DNA of 64,000 bases from an uncultured delta proteobacterium (GCA_963737905.1 CAVTUQ010000009.1:215738-279737), one strand, 5' to 3'; numbered from the stretch's first letter, positions 11,088-21,875 are shown. Translations and numbers: made by a program. Notes: generated by a model not told the origin, from the letters alone.

Positions 11088-11340
11088 ATGATAACTGGTA
11101 TAATTGACAGCGAAGCGTCGCTGTTTGGATTAACCCCTGTTCGGGCGAAGGCAACGATCTGTGTGTTGAGGATGTCTTCAGGCGCCTCGTTTAGAGCAGA
11201 CATCCGGGAAGGAAGGGAGATCATTGCCGAGCACCAAGAGGCCGATCCAAGCTATGTGCTCGAGTGCCTTCGCCCTTCAGGGTTCACCCCCTCGGCGCGC
11301 GGAGTGTCGTGATTTCTCCGGGTCTGTGCCGCAACGCGGG

Positions 11341-12258
11341 CTAGGAGGCTTCTTCTTGCGCCAGACCAAGAACTCTTTTCCACATTTTGCCGCCGTTGGT
11401 GGAGTGTCGCGTTTTATCTTGCAATTGCGCGATCAGTAGTCGCTTTTCACAAAGTTCCGCGCTCAGTTTTTCGCATTCAGAAGATAGCCGTTCAATGAAC
11501 CTGCCAATCTCTGTTTCGCGGAGGGCGGCCGCATCGATGAAGCCTTGTTTTTGTTTAAGTTCCCTTTCCCGGCTTGCTAATTTCGCCTCGGTCTCTTGGA
11601 GTCGAAGTTGGAGATTTTGAATACTGGCTCGCAAATCTCCCTCGTGCCGACCTAAAGCCAATTCCCGCGCGGCAAGGGACTCCTCACGCTTTCCCAGCTC
11701 AAGCTTGAGGTCGGCGAATTCGGCCTCTATGCGTTCCGTTTGTTGATGGGTGCGAGTTTCCGCTCGTTCAACGGCGAGTTCGGTTTCTTTTAATCGACCG
11801 ACAAGAAAGTCTCTTTCCGCTGCCAGATGTTGTAATTGAATTTCCCGGTTTTTTACTTGAGTCTCCTGGTCTTGAATGCGGCTTTCGAATTCCGCGAACT
11901 TTGCGTTTGACGCCTCCTCAAGTGTCGCCAGAGCTATGTCTCGTGCCTGGAGAAAATCTTCCTTCTCTTTGATTTGGCCCTGCAAGGCTTTGATCTCAGC
12001 TTCCAGCGTCTCTTCGATGTGGTCGGCTGATTTGGCTTCCCTGAGAGCTGCGTCACAGACCTGGTCAGCGAAGGATCTCAACTCGTTCAGGAGGCTCAGG
12101 AGACGGCTGGCACGGGTATTAATATCAGGAGCCCGTTCGTGAACCGCATCGGTGACGACGTTTTCGTCAGCCTGGATAGTTTCGTGCGGCCTGCCATCGC
12201 CATCGAACTTAGCAGCAACTCCACCGGCATCTGGAAGTTCCACGATCTTCTCGAACAA
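11341..12258 (-). CDS. Coiled-coil hypothetical protein
   Basis: E/L/Q/K/R-rich heptads; AGGAGG before TTG start. Confidence 0.75.
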   Translation of the reverse strand: MFEKIVELPDAGGVAAKFDGDGRPHETIQADENVVTDAVHERAPDINTRASRLLSLLNELRSFADQVCDAALREAKSADHIEETLEAEIKALQGQIKEKEDFLQARDIALATLEEASNAKFAEFESRIQDQETQVKNREIQLQHLAAERDFLVGRLKETELAVERAETRTHQQTERIEAEFADLKLELGKREESLAARELALGRHEGDLRASIQNLQLRLQETEAKLASRERELKQKQGFIDAAALRETEIGRFIERLSSECEKLSAELCEKRLLIAQLQDKTRHSTNGGKMWKRVLGLAQEEAS

Positions 12259-12315
12259 AATGACCTCCTGCTAACGAAGTCGAATTTCGCCCCTGAAGGC
12301 GTCGGCAAAAAGCCG

Positions 12316-12331
12316 AGCAAGTCTCATACCG
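12316..12331 (-). promoter_or_regulatory. Sigma-54 promoter candidate
   Basis: Minus strand CGGTATGAGACTTGCT = GG-N10-GC, about 60 nt upstream of the 12258 start. Confidence 0.55.
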
Positions 12332-12593
12332 CCGGGAGGATTTTTTATCCTTTTCGATAAGCCATTGAAAAAACGGGTTTCTTCGCTCAATGGATTAGCA
12401 CAATACCTGCAAAAGGAAGACATAGATGAACATTACAGGACAGAATTGGCCATTGCCGTCAGTGGGTAATCATGCGAGAGCGAAAATGCCATCGACAAAT
12501 ATCGAGGGAGCAGAAACGACAGAAACAAATGAAAGTATTTACGGGCTAGACGGGAGTCGAAGGGCCGTCTTGTCGGTGTTGTGCGAGCTAGAG

Positions 12594-13268
12594 TTACCTA
12601 TAAGCCGCGGGTGCCGTCGGCTGGTGCATTACCAAGAGGGCGGCCTTGAAGCGGTTGTGGACTTGCAGCTTGTCGAAGATGTTCGTGAGATGAGTCTTAA
12701 CGGTTTTCTCGCTGATGAAAATCCTTTTCGCGATTTCGTCGTTCGATAATCCTTCGGCAACCAAGTGTAGGATCTCCAGCTCTCGCTTGGTCAGGCTCTG
12801 GAGTGTCTCATTGGCGGGCGGACCCGCATCGAGTGACTGTCCGCTCGCGATTCGCTGAAAATCAACGCTCGCCGGGAGTTCACGATCTACCCAAATTTCA
12901 CCGGCGTGCACTTTCCTTATTGCCTGGAGCAAGGTGGGTGACGAAACACCTTTGAGAATATAGCCGCGAGCGTGCCCCTTGGCGGTGTCTAATACATTCT
13001 CGGTCTCCGAATAAGCAGTGAGAATCATCACCTTCGTTGCTGGACTCTTTGCATTGATTTTGGCCAACGACTGGAGGCTGTCTCCTTTGGGCATTTTGAG
13101 ATCCAGAAGCAGGATATCCGGCCGCATGCGCTCGACAACGCTGACCGCTTCATCGCCACTAGAGGCCTCACCGACTACCAGAATATCTTTCTCCATGGAA
13201 AAAATTCGCCTGAGACCCTCACGAAATAAAGCATGGTCATCGGCAATAACTAGTTTAATCGGCCCCAC
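12594..13268 (-). CDS. NarL/LuxR-family response regulator
   Basis: IADDHALFREGL, LLDLKMP, LTKRELEIL..GLSNDEIA..ISEKTVKTH. Confidence 0.93.
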   Translation of the reverse strand: MGPIKLVIADDHALFREGLRRIFSMEKDILVVGEASSGDEAVSVVERMRPDILLLDLKMPKGDSLQSLAKINAKSPATKVMILTAYSETENVLDTAKGHARGYILKGVSSPTLLQAIRKVHAGEIWVDRELPASVDFQRIASGQSLDAGPPANETLQSLTKRELEILHLVAEGLSNDEIAKRIFISEKTVKTHLTNIFDKLQVHNRFKAALLVMHQPTAPAAYR

Positions 13269-13495
13269 GTTTCGGGTCCCATTCTAATACTACGATAGTT
13301 GTACGTAGCTTATCAAAAACCAAAAGAGTTATGGAAGATACTGGGACTTATTGCTTAAAAGTAGCCGGGTAGCCATCAGCCGGTATCAACGGTGGCCACG
13401 CGACCGTCTGTTTGGTTTCGCAAGTCAATCTAAAGTCTCCGAATGTCAAGACGATGACTCTTCGAAGCATTACCTTTTTCCCTGGGAGGTTCATA

Positions 13496-13882
13496 ATGGA
13501 TTTACAAATCAAGTTATTCACTGGCCTGGACCGGGGAAATCACGTGATAATAATAACCCGCGGTGCAATAGACATTGAGGGATTTAGAGAGATATTTCGC
13601 AACGTTGTGAATACAACCCATTCCCTCCTTGACTGCAAGGTGCTGATCGATCTCCAAGATGCGACGTACAAACTGGAACCGGGAGATATCCGCGCTTTTG
13701 CCGACAATCTAAGGCCGGAGTATTGGCCCAATACCAACAGAGTTGCCCTGGTTTCTGAGCCAGACCCACAGGACTACCGCCAGCTGTGTGTTCTGAGCAC
13801 GTTTTTGTCGAATCGGGCTATCAAAAACGCTGTCTTTAAGGACACAAAAACCGCTGTGAATTGGCTCGCTGAACTAATGTAG
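13496..13882 (+). CDS. Hypothetical protein, STAS/SpoIIAA-like
   Basis: GGAGG RBS; KVLIDLQDA..RVALV..VFKDTKTAVNWL pattern. Confidence 0.65.
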   Translation: MDLQIKLFTGLDRGNHVIIITRGAIDIEGFREIFRNVVNTTHSLLDCKVLIDLQDATYKLEPGDIRAFADNLRPEYWPNTNRVALVSEPDPQDYRQLCVLSTFLSNRAIKNAVFKDTKTAVNWLAELM

Positions 13883-13979
13883 CTCCGATAGCTGGCCGGG
13901 CAGCAAACTCAGGCTTGGCCACCTATTTCCTGCGTAGGCGCAGACTGTCTCGTAGCCTTCAAGATTCGTAAACCACTGT

Positions 13980-15017
13980 CTATTTTTGAAAGCCAAAGAT
14001 CTTGCCGTACTCAGAGGTGAGGCGATCCACCATCTCGGCCTGTTCTTGTTTCATGTAGATGACCTTTTTCCCCTGCGCGTATTTGTAGGCCGGTGTGCCG
14101 GGGACAAAGGCTGAGGTTTGCCCGCCGAACTTGTACAATACTTCCTGAGCTTGCGTAGTCGTGAGAAAAGCAGAGAACAGATGTCCCGCATTGGGATGCG
14201 GGGAACCTTTGAGCACGCCTGCATTGTAAGCCGGAGAAATCACGGGCGTCACCTCTTCGGCATGGACGATCGGCGCACCCTTCAGCTTGGCCTGATGTGT
14301 GAAGCTATCCGTCATCGTGATCGTGACGAGAATTTCACCCAACTGTAGGCGCGTGTAAAGCGTGCCGAATTCTCCCAGCATCGGCTCTTGTCGCGCCAGA
14401 AGTTTCACGTACTCCGTTGTCTTGCTCTCTCCCCATAGCGTCGCCAGCCGGGCGAGATGGTGCGTGGCGGTGCTCATGCCCAATTTGCCGCCTTTCCACT
14501 TGGGGTCGAGAAGATCCTGCCAGCTCTTGGGGACGTCTTGCGAAGCCACGAGCTTGTTGTTGTAGGCCGGCATGACAAACTGGTTCGCTAAAATAACCGT
14601 GCCGCTGTCAAATTGAATTGCCTGTGGATCGACACCGATTTTCGTGTAATCGAATGTTTTGTGGAGTTTCTTCAGCCAGAGAGTGGCATGGCCTCCATCA
14701 TGCACCAGCATGACATCCCATTCTTGCGGCAGGCCGGAGGCTGATATTCCGACAATTTTCCCCACGTCTCTGGTCATCGACCCAGAGGGGCTAAAATTCA
14801 ACTTGAGGTTCAGACCGTAGTGCTTGTTGAATGCTTCGCCCAGTCTCTGGGCTCCTTGAGGAGTCAAGGTGGACGGTGCATAGAGTTCGATGACGCCCTC
14901 CTTTTTCGCGCCGGCGATGAGTTCGTCAATGGGCGCTGCACTTGCTGGCCAAATGGACACGCCAAAAATGAGCAGCGCTACTAGAAATGAAGCACCATTG
15001 AATCTCCATTGCTTCAC
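13980..15017 (-). CDS. Extracellular solute-binding protein (Fe3+/polyamine-type)
   Basis: Signal peptide; AKKEG, PKSWQDLLDPKWKG, SPHPNAGHLF; AGGAGG RBS. Confidence 0.87.
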   Translation of the reverse strand: MKQWRFNGASFLVALLIFGVSIWPASAAPIDELIAGAKKEGVIELYAPSTLTPQGAQRLGEAFNKHYGLNLKLNFSPSGSMTRDVGKIVGISASGLPQEWDVMLVHDGGHATLWLKKLHKTFDYTKIGVDPQAIQFDSGTVILANQFVMPAYNNKLVASQDVPKSWQDLLDPKWKGGKLGMSTATHHLARLATLWGESKTTEYVKLLARQEPMLGEFGTLYTRLQLGEILVTITMTDSFTHQAKLKGAPIVHAEEVTPVISPAYNAGVLKGSPHPNAGHLFSAFLTTTQAQEVLYKFGGQTSAFVPGTPAYKYAQGKKVIYMKQEQAEMVDRLTSEYGKIFGFQK

Positions 15018-15088
15018 GGACCACCTCCTGTTATCGACTTGATGGGCACTTTATTGCGGCTGTGACAGGTTCGCAAGAATAATATTTC

Positions 15089-15117
15089 TTGACTCCCGTC
15101 TCGACGCGCCCTAATCT
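15089..15117 (+). promoter_or_regulatory. Sigma-70 promoter candidate
   Basis: TTGACT-17 nt-TAATCT upstream of the 15214 gene. Confidence 0.4.
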
Positions 15118-15213
15118 CTCGCGGAGTCAAAATGAAATAAACCTAACTTAAGAGAAGCGACCCGGCGGCTCGCATGCTGGAAAGAAGCATCGATGGTAAG
15201 GAAAGGAGCTAAC

Positions 15214-16257
15214 ATGTTCCCCATTGATCGAATGATTTCGTTAGGAGTAAGAAAGGGATTGCAAATCCTTCTCGGTGCGACCTTTGGTCTGACCTGTCCG
15301 CTTACCGCCGCGGGAGCAGAGCTCGGCGGAAAGCCGGAGAAGGCAGCGGTCTCTATCGCCTACGTATCACCTAGCGCTGCCTTCACCCCGCTTTTTGTCG
15401 CCGCCGAAGCCGGCCTTTTTTCCAAATACGGACTGAATGTGAAGGCCCAATTGCTTGGCCCTGCAGTTGCCCAGCAGGGTCTTGTTTCCGAGGAAATTGA
15501 TATCCTCGTAGACGGGCCTCTTCTAATACCGGCTAGGCTCGGTGCCGCGCGCGTTAGATATTTTGGGGCATACATGCAGCGCTATGCGTTTCAGATATGG
15601 GGCATAGCAGGAATCACGGCCCTCGAACAATTGAAGGGGAAGACAATAGCGGTATCGGTGCCGCGCGGTGCGATCGACATCTCCACCCGCGAAGCACTCA
15701 AAAAGAAAGGAATCACGCCTGACAGCGACGTCAAATTCGTATATAACGCTCAAGTTCCGGCCGTTCTCACAGCGATTCTAACCGGGACGGTTTCAGCAGG
15801 CACCATATCTGCCCCTCTCAACCTCAAAGCAAAAGAGGCCGGCCTCAATTTTTTGCTGGATATTGGAGAGCTGAATATCTCCGGATTGCAAGGAGCGTAT
15901 GGAACAACCGAGCGGTTTCTCGGCAACCATCCGCATACCCTCTATGCGTTCAGTAAAGCGATGGCTGAAGGCGTTGTTCTTTCCAAAAGAGATAGCGCTC
16001 TGGCAAAGAAAGCGATCGGCAAATTTGCCAAGGTCGATGATAGTAAGATACTCGATGCGTCTTATGATGCCTACGCCCCTTATATCGAGACCAACCTTGC
16101 CGTCCGGGATCAAGTGATCCGAGCGGAGTTGGGGTACCTGGACCCCAAAGAATTTCCCCAGGCGAAGAATGCGAATCCAAGAGATTTCTTTGATAATTCG
16201 TTCGTCGAGAGCTTGGAGAAGTCCGGTTTCTTCGCGACGATCGGCCTGGGCAGATGA
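15214..16257 (+). CDS. ABC substrate-binding protein, NMT1/SsuA/THI5-like
   Basis: AAEAGLFSKYGL, QLKGKTIAV, DNSFVESLEKSGFF. Confidence 0.87.
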   Translation: MFPIDRMISLGVRKGLQILLGATFGLTCPLTAAGAELGGKPEKAAVSIAYVSPSAAFTPLFVAAEAGLFSKYGLNVKAQLLGPAVAQQGLVSEEIDILVDGPLLIPARLGAARVRYFGAYMQRYAFQIWGIAGITALEQLKGKTIAVSVPRGAIDISTREALKKKGITPDSDVKFVYNAQVPAVLTAILTGTVSAGTISAPLNLKAKEAGLNFLLDIGELNISGLQGAYGTTERFLGNHPHTLYAFSKAMAEGVVLSKRDSALAKKAIGKFAKVDDSKILDASYDAYAPYIETNLAVRDQVIRAELGYLDPKEFPQAKNANPRDFFDNSFVESLEKSGFFATIGLGR

Positions 16258-16297
16258 AGCGACTGCCGCTACACAACTAAGGAGTCAGCAACGCTCG

Positions 16298-16673
16298 TCA
16301 GTTGGTGCTAGAGGTGCCTTTCCGATAGCGCGCGGCTCCCATGTGGCCCATCCCGATAACCAGCAATCCGAGGATCAGGTGAATCATCTGGATTACCCAG
16401 TGAAACGAGCCAAGCATGAGTGCCGACTGGTTCATGCCGAGGATTATCATGGTTGCCCCCACTACCAGCGCACAGGTCGCGAATGAGCCAGCTACCACTT
16501 TTGGAAAATGCCTGCCCGATACCGATGACCCAGAGAGCGCCCACCGCCAAAAGACCCAGCAGCATGTGCATTTGAATCAGGTTTGGAGCGCTGTTGGTCC
16601 AGATCAGGAGGCCCAGGATCAACGCCAGCAATCCCGCAAAGCTCAAGACAACGGATGCGATACGGATGACCAT
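16298..16673 (-). CDS. Small membrane protein (one apparent extra base near 16481)
   Basis: Two overlapping hydrophobic ORFs join into a four-helix membrane protein with HMLLG and IHLILG. Confidence 0.65.
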
Positions 16674-16767
16674 AACGGAGAGATTTTCGATTCCAATCTG
16701 CTTTCGAAGTCTCGGATAATTTTTCTATTATGCTGCCGGTGAGATCTTTCTTTCCGGCAGGCCTTTT

Positions 16768-17097
16768 TCACTCTGTGAATTGCAGCAACAGTACACTTAG
16801 GCTTGCAATGGACACGTAGCCATACACGACCGCCGTGACCGTAAACGCCGTGATCGTTAGGGATCGTCGTCTGTTCCTGAGGGCAAAGATCAATAAAAGC
16901 AAAACACACGCAAATGTTTTCGAATAGAACAAACCCCAGATCCCACACCCCATTCGGATATGGCGCGACTCGACAAGCGGATTGGCCTCGGGCACGCCCT
17001 CAGACAAGACATGGTAGCTCAGCAGCCCATCGAACACCTGAAGCAGTAAGTTAAGGATAAAAGGGAACCAGACAGCGGGAATCAATGGTGCAGTCAT
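16768..17097 (-). CDS. Small membrane protein, DUF5658-like
   Basis: LQVFDGLLSY..GVPEANPL..K motif; hydrophobic segments. Confidence 0.65.
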   Translation of the reverse strand: MTAPLIPAVWFPFILNLLLQVFDGLLSYHVLSEGVPEANPLVESRHIRMGCGIWGLFYSKTFACVLLLLIFALRNRRRSLTITAFTVTAVVYGYVSIASLSVLLLQFTE

Positions 17098-17386
17098 AGA
17101 ATTCGCTTATTTCCGGAGACGCTCATTGTCAAGCCTCGTCGTAGAAAAATTTCCCTGTCCGTACGCAATCAACTGAGAGCAAAACTGGCGGGCCTGATGC
17201 GCTCCCAATCGCTAAAAGGATGCCGCGGCTGAAAAGCCTGCGTCTTAACGCAGTTCAGAGATATTCGTTGTGTGGTAGTGCTAAAAGGAAGGAAGACCGT
17301 TGGCAGGGAGGCCAGAGTCAATAACCCAACGTGATTCTTGCCCCCCATCCCTGGTCATTTCGTATCTTTCGCAGAACGCCGGCAGC

Positions 17387-18139
17387 TCACGCTGTTTCCC
17401 GTTCTAGGCGGAGCATGGCCGCTTTGAGACTGGAGCGCATGCGCTCGAGAGAACGGGCAAGGTCTCCGATCTCGTCACGCGATTCTACGCATTTCCCACT
17501 GACCGACGTTTCCAGGTCACCCTTGGTAACCTTGTCCGCAACTTCCGTTAAGCCTACGATGGGTCGAACAATCCAATGCGCCAGAATAAACGACAGCAGG
17601 GTGCCGACGAAAGGAACGATCGCAATTATTCCGATGAAACGAAAAAGGGTGCTGTGGACTTCTCTTTCAACGACATCGGCCCAAAACCCCACATGTACAC
17701 TTCCCACCTGTCCCTCCAGAACGGGGACACTGGTTTCATAGATCGTTTTGTCCCTCAATAAAAGTTCTTGCTTTCGGGTTTCGCGTTGTCCGGCGGCGGA
17801 AAGTCCTTGCCGGAGCTCTGGAGGGAAGGATTCCAAGGTATGGGCGACGATTTCACCTTTATTATCTTCGATATAGGCGTAAGCCACGCCATCAAGAAGC
17901 GAATACTTTCTCAACAAGGCATGAAGCGCTAGGAGATTTCTTCCGACCAAGTGGCCCGCGGTTGCATCACTCAAGTTACTGGCTACAGCGAGAGCCCGTC
18001 TGTCGAGTTGATCCCGCAACATGTTGTTGGTGAGTTGATACATCGCGGCAATCACAAAAACACTCAAAACCAACATGACGACGGCATACGTGCCGCCGAT
18101 CTTCCATTTGAGGCTAATACGGCGCGATTCTGGGTCCAT
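17387..18139 (-). CDS. Membrane sensor-like HAMP domain protein without output domain
   Basis: Two TM helices, then IVRPI..ADKVTKGDL..SRDEIGDLARSLERMR and stop; AGGAG RBS. Confidence 0.85.
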   Translation of the reverse strand: MDPESRRISLKWKIGGTYAVVMLVLSVFVIAAMYQLTNNMLRDQLDRRALAVASNLSDATAGHLVGRNLLALHALLRKYSLLDGVAYAYIEDNKGEIVAHTLESFPPELRQGLSAAGQRETRKQELLLRDKTIYETSVPVLEGQVGSVHVGFWADVVEREVHSTLFRFIGIIAIVPFVGTLLSFILAHWIVRPIVGLTEVADKVTKGDLETSVSGKCVESRDEIGDLARSLERMRSSLKAAMLRLERETA

Positions 18140-18299
18140 TTTGTCTCCTTAGTTAGATAGCGTACATACTCCCGGCAAAGTTTATCCATTTCGCTTTCCA
18201 ATATTGGATAGCGATGACGCCCTTTGTTGTCCTACGAGAACAAAACTCCTGACCGAAGATGTATGAAAAAAAACTCATAGTCTGGTTCATTTCAATTTG

Positions 18300-18557
18300 T
18301 CAAGCGAAATACGCGCAGGCCAGGGAAGGCGGCCCGTTTCTTGGTGAACGGCAAGCCGAAGTGGATTCCTGCGGCGAACGCGGCGAGTCCCATACCTTCA
18401 TTATGGTCCATGCCGGGACCTTTATATTCCGTGCCGTAGTAGTCCCGGATTTTCCACGGCGCGAGCTCGTCACCTTGCCGTCGGTGAGATAAAAATTGGG
18501 CTCCTCCAAGGCTTTCTCTTCTTCTTTAAACTCGTAAACGTCTATGTAGAACTGCAC
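18300..18557 (-). CDS. Hypothetical small protein
   Basis: 85-aa ORF filling an intergenic gap; no recognised motif. Confidence 0.3.
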   Translation of the reverse strand: MQFYIDVYEFKEEEKALEEPNFYLTDGKVTSSRRGKSGTTTARNIKVPAWTIMKVWDSPRSPQESTSACRSPRNGPPSLACAYFA

Positions 18558-18755
18558 CAGAGAACATCACTGGCTTATAGTCTGCCGTTTAGGAAACTGT
18601 CAATCGAGGTTTAAGCCGAGTGCTTGGGATCACAGGTGATCCGCGCGAAAATACGGTCTGTCTAGAAAACATTGTCTTGGCGCTAGAGACTGTGTTATGG
18701 CGTTAACGCGAATGCTTTCTGATTCGGTCATCGGGGCAAGGTAAGGAGATTTCTT

Positions 18756-20345
18756 ATGCGCACGAACGGAACGACGATAGATCGAAGGGAGTTCCTCAGG
18801 CGGGGCACTGCGCTAACCGTGGGAACTTTGATGGCACCCGCCTTTCTGGAGAGCGCATGGGCGGCCTCAAAAGATCGAGTGATCATTTTTCAGGGGGTCG
18901 GTTTGGATTCGCTGCATCCCTACGCCTATAGCGGCGGCGGCATCGTTGGCATCTGGCAACACATGATAGAGCCGTTGGTCCAGATGGACTACGGGCAAAA
19001 TGAATACGTCGGGGTTCTGGCCGAGTCTTGGGAATTTCAAGATAGGAGATGGGTATTTAAACTCAGGAAGGGAGTCCGCTTTCACAACGGATCTCCCTTT
19101 ATGTCCAAGGACGTGGTGTTTTCTCTCGATAGAATGAAGAGCGACAAGAGAAGTCTGCAGGGAGGCGACATTGCGGAGCTGGAGGTGGAAGCTCCGGATG
19201 ATTACACCGTTGTGATGACGACCAAGAATCCGAGTGCCATCCTGCTTGACCGGCTGGACACTCGTTTCATCATCAGCAAGGCCGCCGCCGACAAATATGG
19301 AGAGCAGATGGACAATTACGCGATAGGCACCGGGCCATATAAATTTGTGAGCTGGCAACGAGGCGGCAGTTTGGCGTTGAAGCGGAATGACGACTACTGG
19401 GGACCCAAGCCCGAAATCAAGGAAGTGATCTTAAAAGGCGTGAAGGAAGAAGCAGCACGCGTCGCGGGTTTGCTGGCAGGCCAGGCGGATATCATCAGCA
19501 ATCTTTCGATTGAAGAGATACCGCGTGTCGAAAAACATCCGCGGACGCGCGTCGAAAAGGTGCCGGGATTTCGGATGTATTTTTTGGCGATGAATGTGAC
19601 TCATAAACCTTTCGACAACAAGCTCGTGCGCAGGGCCGTCAATCATGCCGTAGATCCACAGGTGATTATGAAACACATCTTCGACGGCAATGGCGATGTG
19701 CTTAACGGTCCTTTGAACTCGAATATGGTTGGCTACGATCCGAATGTGAAGCGCTATCCGTATGATCCGAAAAGGGCGCGTGAGCTGCTCACTCAGGCCG
19801 GCTATCCCAACGGATTTGAGGTCAAGCTGCATTTTTCGCCCGACCGCCATCTCAAGGGCAAGGAAGTTTGCGAGGTAATCGCGAGTCAGCTAGCCAAAGC
19901 CGGTGTGAAGGTTGAGCTCATCGGCCAGGAGTATGCGGTTTACTGGGGCAAAGATGGCGTCAACGGCGGCAAGCTGCCGTTTTATTACGCCGGTAGAACG
20001 GCGAGTGATGGCGATACACTCTATGATCAGTACTTTCACACCGGCGTCACCAAGCGAATCGGTTACAGCAACCCTGAGTTCGACAAGCTCATTCAAGAGG
20101 AGCAGAAGACCGGCGATCAGAAAAAGCGCGTGGCGTTTCTGCAGCAAGCAGGGCGGATTCTTATGGAGGATGCTCCCTTCGTCCCGCTCTACACTCTGGC
20201 TGAGATTTACGGCCTTGCGAGAAATATTTTCTGGAAAGGCAATCCGGACAACCGAATCCTTGCGGCTGAAATGAAGATTAAGCTTCTAGCGAGAACTCAC
20301 CGCGAGGATATACGCTATTCATCAAAATTTGTGATGCTCGCCTAA
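18756..20345 (+). CDS. ABC peptide/nickel substrate-binding protein (family 5), Tat signal
   Basis: DRREFL; LAESWE..FKLRKGVRFHNG; GTGPYKF; PFDNKLVRRAVN. Confidence 0.92.
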   Translation: MRTNGTTIDRREFLRRGTALTVGTLMAPAFLESAWAASKDRVIIFQGVGLDSLHPYAYSGGGIVGIWQHMIEPLVQMDYGQNEYVGVLAESWEFQDRRWVFKLRKGVRFHNGSPFMSKDVVFSLDRMKSDKRSLQGGDIAELEVEAPDDYTVVMTTKNPSAILLDRLDTRFIISKAAADKYGEQMDNYAIGTGPYKFVSWQRGGSLALKRNDDYWGPKPEIKEVILKGVKEEAARVAGLLAGQADIISNLSIEEIPRVEKHPRTRVEKVPGFRMYFLAMNVTHKPFDNKLVRRAVNHAVDPQVIMKHIFDGNGDVLNGPLNSNMVGYDPNVKRYPYDPKRARELLTQAGYPNGFEVKLHFSPDRHLKGKEVCEVIASQLAKAGVKVELIGQEYAVYWGKDGVNGGKLPFYYAGRTASDGDTLYDQYFHTGVTKRIGYSNPEFDKLIQEEQKTGDQKKRVAFLQQAGRILMEDAPFVPLYTLAEIYGLARNIFWKGNPDNRILAAEMKIKLLARTHREDIRYSSKFVMLA

Positions 20346-20375
20346 CCAATCGGAGCGGCCTAAAGGCCCTTCGCA

Positions 20376-21875
20376 CTAGCGACCGTTCACAAACTCGTCG
20401 AGCGCTTGACCGAAGGCTGCGCCGTGAATTCCATAGGAGCTGAAATCCCCCGCAAACGCGCTTAAGGCCCAGAGCGCCGCATCGCGGTATCGGGACTCTC
20501 CTGTCGCCCCTGCGAGCCCAAGGAAGAACGATGCCGCCGCGCCGTTTTGCTCGATCAATGTCAGGCGAAAGCTGAGGTAAGCGTATCCCGGAATGGCGAG
20601 GTCGTAGTAGCCTCCGTCGGGATTTTTGAGCCGCGACAGAATAAACTCAGCCAGGTCTTTGGCCCGCTCGAGATATCCGGCATCGCCCGTAGCCCTGTGA
20701 GCCTTGAGCAGCGCCGCTCCCAAGCGCGCTTGATCATTCAGTAGTCCCGGGACATGGGCTGCGCCATCGAAGTAATGAAACATTCCTCCATCGGGGCAGC
20801 GGCAATGCTCCCAAAGAAAATCCAGTGCCTTCAGCCCGCGCTCTTTGCAACCCGGGTTTGCCAAAATCGAGGCGGCCTCGAGATAGGCGGTAATCGCTTG
20901 CGCGTTCGCATCAGTGTAAACACAGTTATCTATAATCGTAAAAAATTCTTCGCGTGATGAAGATGGCGCCGTTTCGCTGCGCAGGAAATCCTCGCAGCCG
21001 TAAAAACTCTGGTTTGCGGAATGAGAAAGTTTGCGGTCGATATAGTCGATGATGTCTTCGGCCATATGGCCATATTCCGAGTACTCTGTGATTCGAAAAG
21101 TCCGTAGGCAGTTTGTCAACAGCCCAGCTTGTTCCGCCAGCAGCTTTTCACGATGAGGACGACTCCAGTCCGCATTGGAGCACGTGCGAAAATAACCACC
21201 CTCTTCGCGATCGTGCATCTCACCTTCTCTCATCCGGTCCAGGGTGAGGCGGACGTGATCGAGGTAGCTCGCGTCTTTCGTCGCCTCATAGCGGGAAAGC
21301 AAGAAATCGTTCGCTTCCGGATGGATGAATTTCTGGCCCCGGCCATAGCCGCCGTGAACGCGGTCCGCAATCTCCATGATGACCGCGGTGACTTCCGTTA
21401 AGGTGGAGCCCGTCGGGTGGCTGCGCGTTCCTGCGGCCGCTGCGTCGGAAGGAGTCTCGGCCGAATTGTTTCGCGCTGACCGGATTTCTTCCTTCTTTTC
21501 CTGATAACCCGTGTAAATGCTAGCCAGCAGATTTCCGAACTCCTCGCTGGGGAGATAATTCGTAACGCCGAGAAGTTCTCCTGCGGGAGCCATGAAAGCG
21601 ATGGTCGGCCAGCCGTTTAGATTGTAACGCGTGTTGATATCGGGGCGTTGGGTGTCCTCGACGCGAACGGCGACAAAGTAAGCGTTGAGTAGCGCGATGT
21701 TTTCGTCGTCCGAGAAAGCGCCTTCGTCCATGCGCTGGCAGAACCTGCACCAAAATGCCGTCAGAAAAAGCATCACCGGTTTGTCTTCGGCTTGGGCTTT
21801 GGTAAACGCATCATCGCTCCATTCATGCCAACGAATGAGATTAGCCCGGTTAGGATTTGGCGAGAAGCGAATCAT
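20376..21875 (-). CDS. Thioredoxin-domain (DUF255/YyaL-like) protein with helical barrel domain
   Basis: KAQAEDKPV..WCRFCQRM, DINTRY..GWPT, GGYFR..DWSRPHREK. Start uncertain (ORF is open to 21995). Confidence 0.85.
   Translation of the reverse strand: MIRFSPNPNRANLIRWHEWSDDAFTKAQAEDKPVMLFLTAFWCRFCQRMDEGAFSDDENIALLNAYFVAVRVEDTQRPDINTRYNLNGWPTIAFMAPAGELLGVTNYLPSEEFGNLLASIYTGYQEKKEEIRSARNNSAETPSDAAAAGTRSHPTGSTLTEVTAVIMEIADRVHGGYGRGQKFIHPEANDFLLSRYEATKDASYLDHVRLTLDRMREGEMHDREEGGYFRTCSNADWSRPHREKLLAEQAGLLTNCLRTFRITEYSEYGHMAEDIIDYIDRKLSHSANQSFYGCEDFLRSETAPSSSREEFFTIIDNCVYTDANAQAITAYLEAASILANPGCKERGLKALDFLWEHCRCPDGGMFHYFDGAAHVPGLLNDQARLGAALLKAHRATGDAGYLERAKDLAEFILSRLKNPDGGYYDLAIPGYAYLSFRLTLIEQNGAAASFFLGLAGATGESRYRDAALWALSAFAGDFSSYGIHGAAFGQALDEFVNGR

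Noticed and set aside
11088-11312. 74-aa ORF after the MFS fragment
   Set aside because: No recognisable motif and it does not continue the MFS sequence; unsupported.
20280-20345. C-terminal extension of the family 5 binding protein
   Set aside because: A stop lies in another frame right after EMKIK, so it may be another indel artefact; not interpretable.
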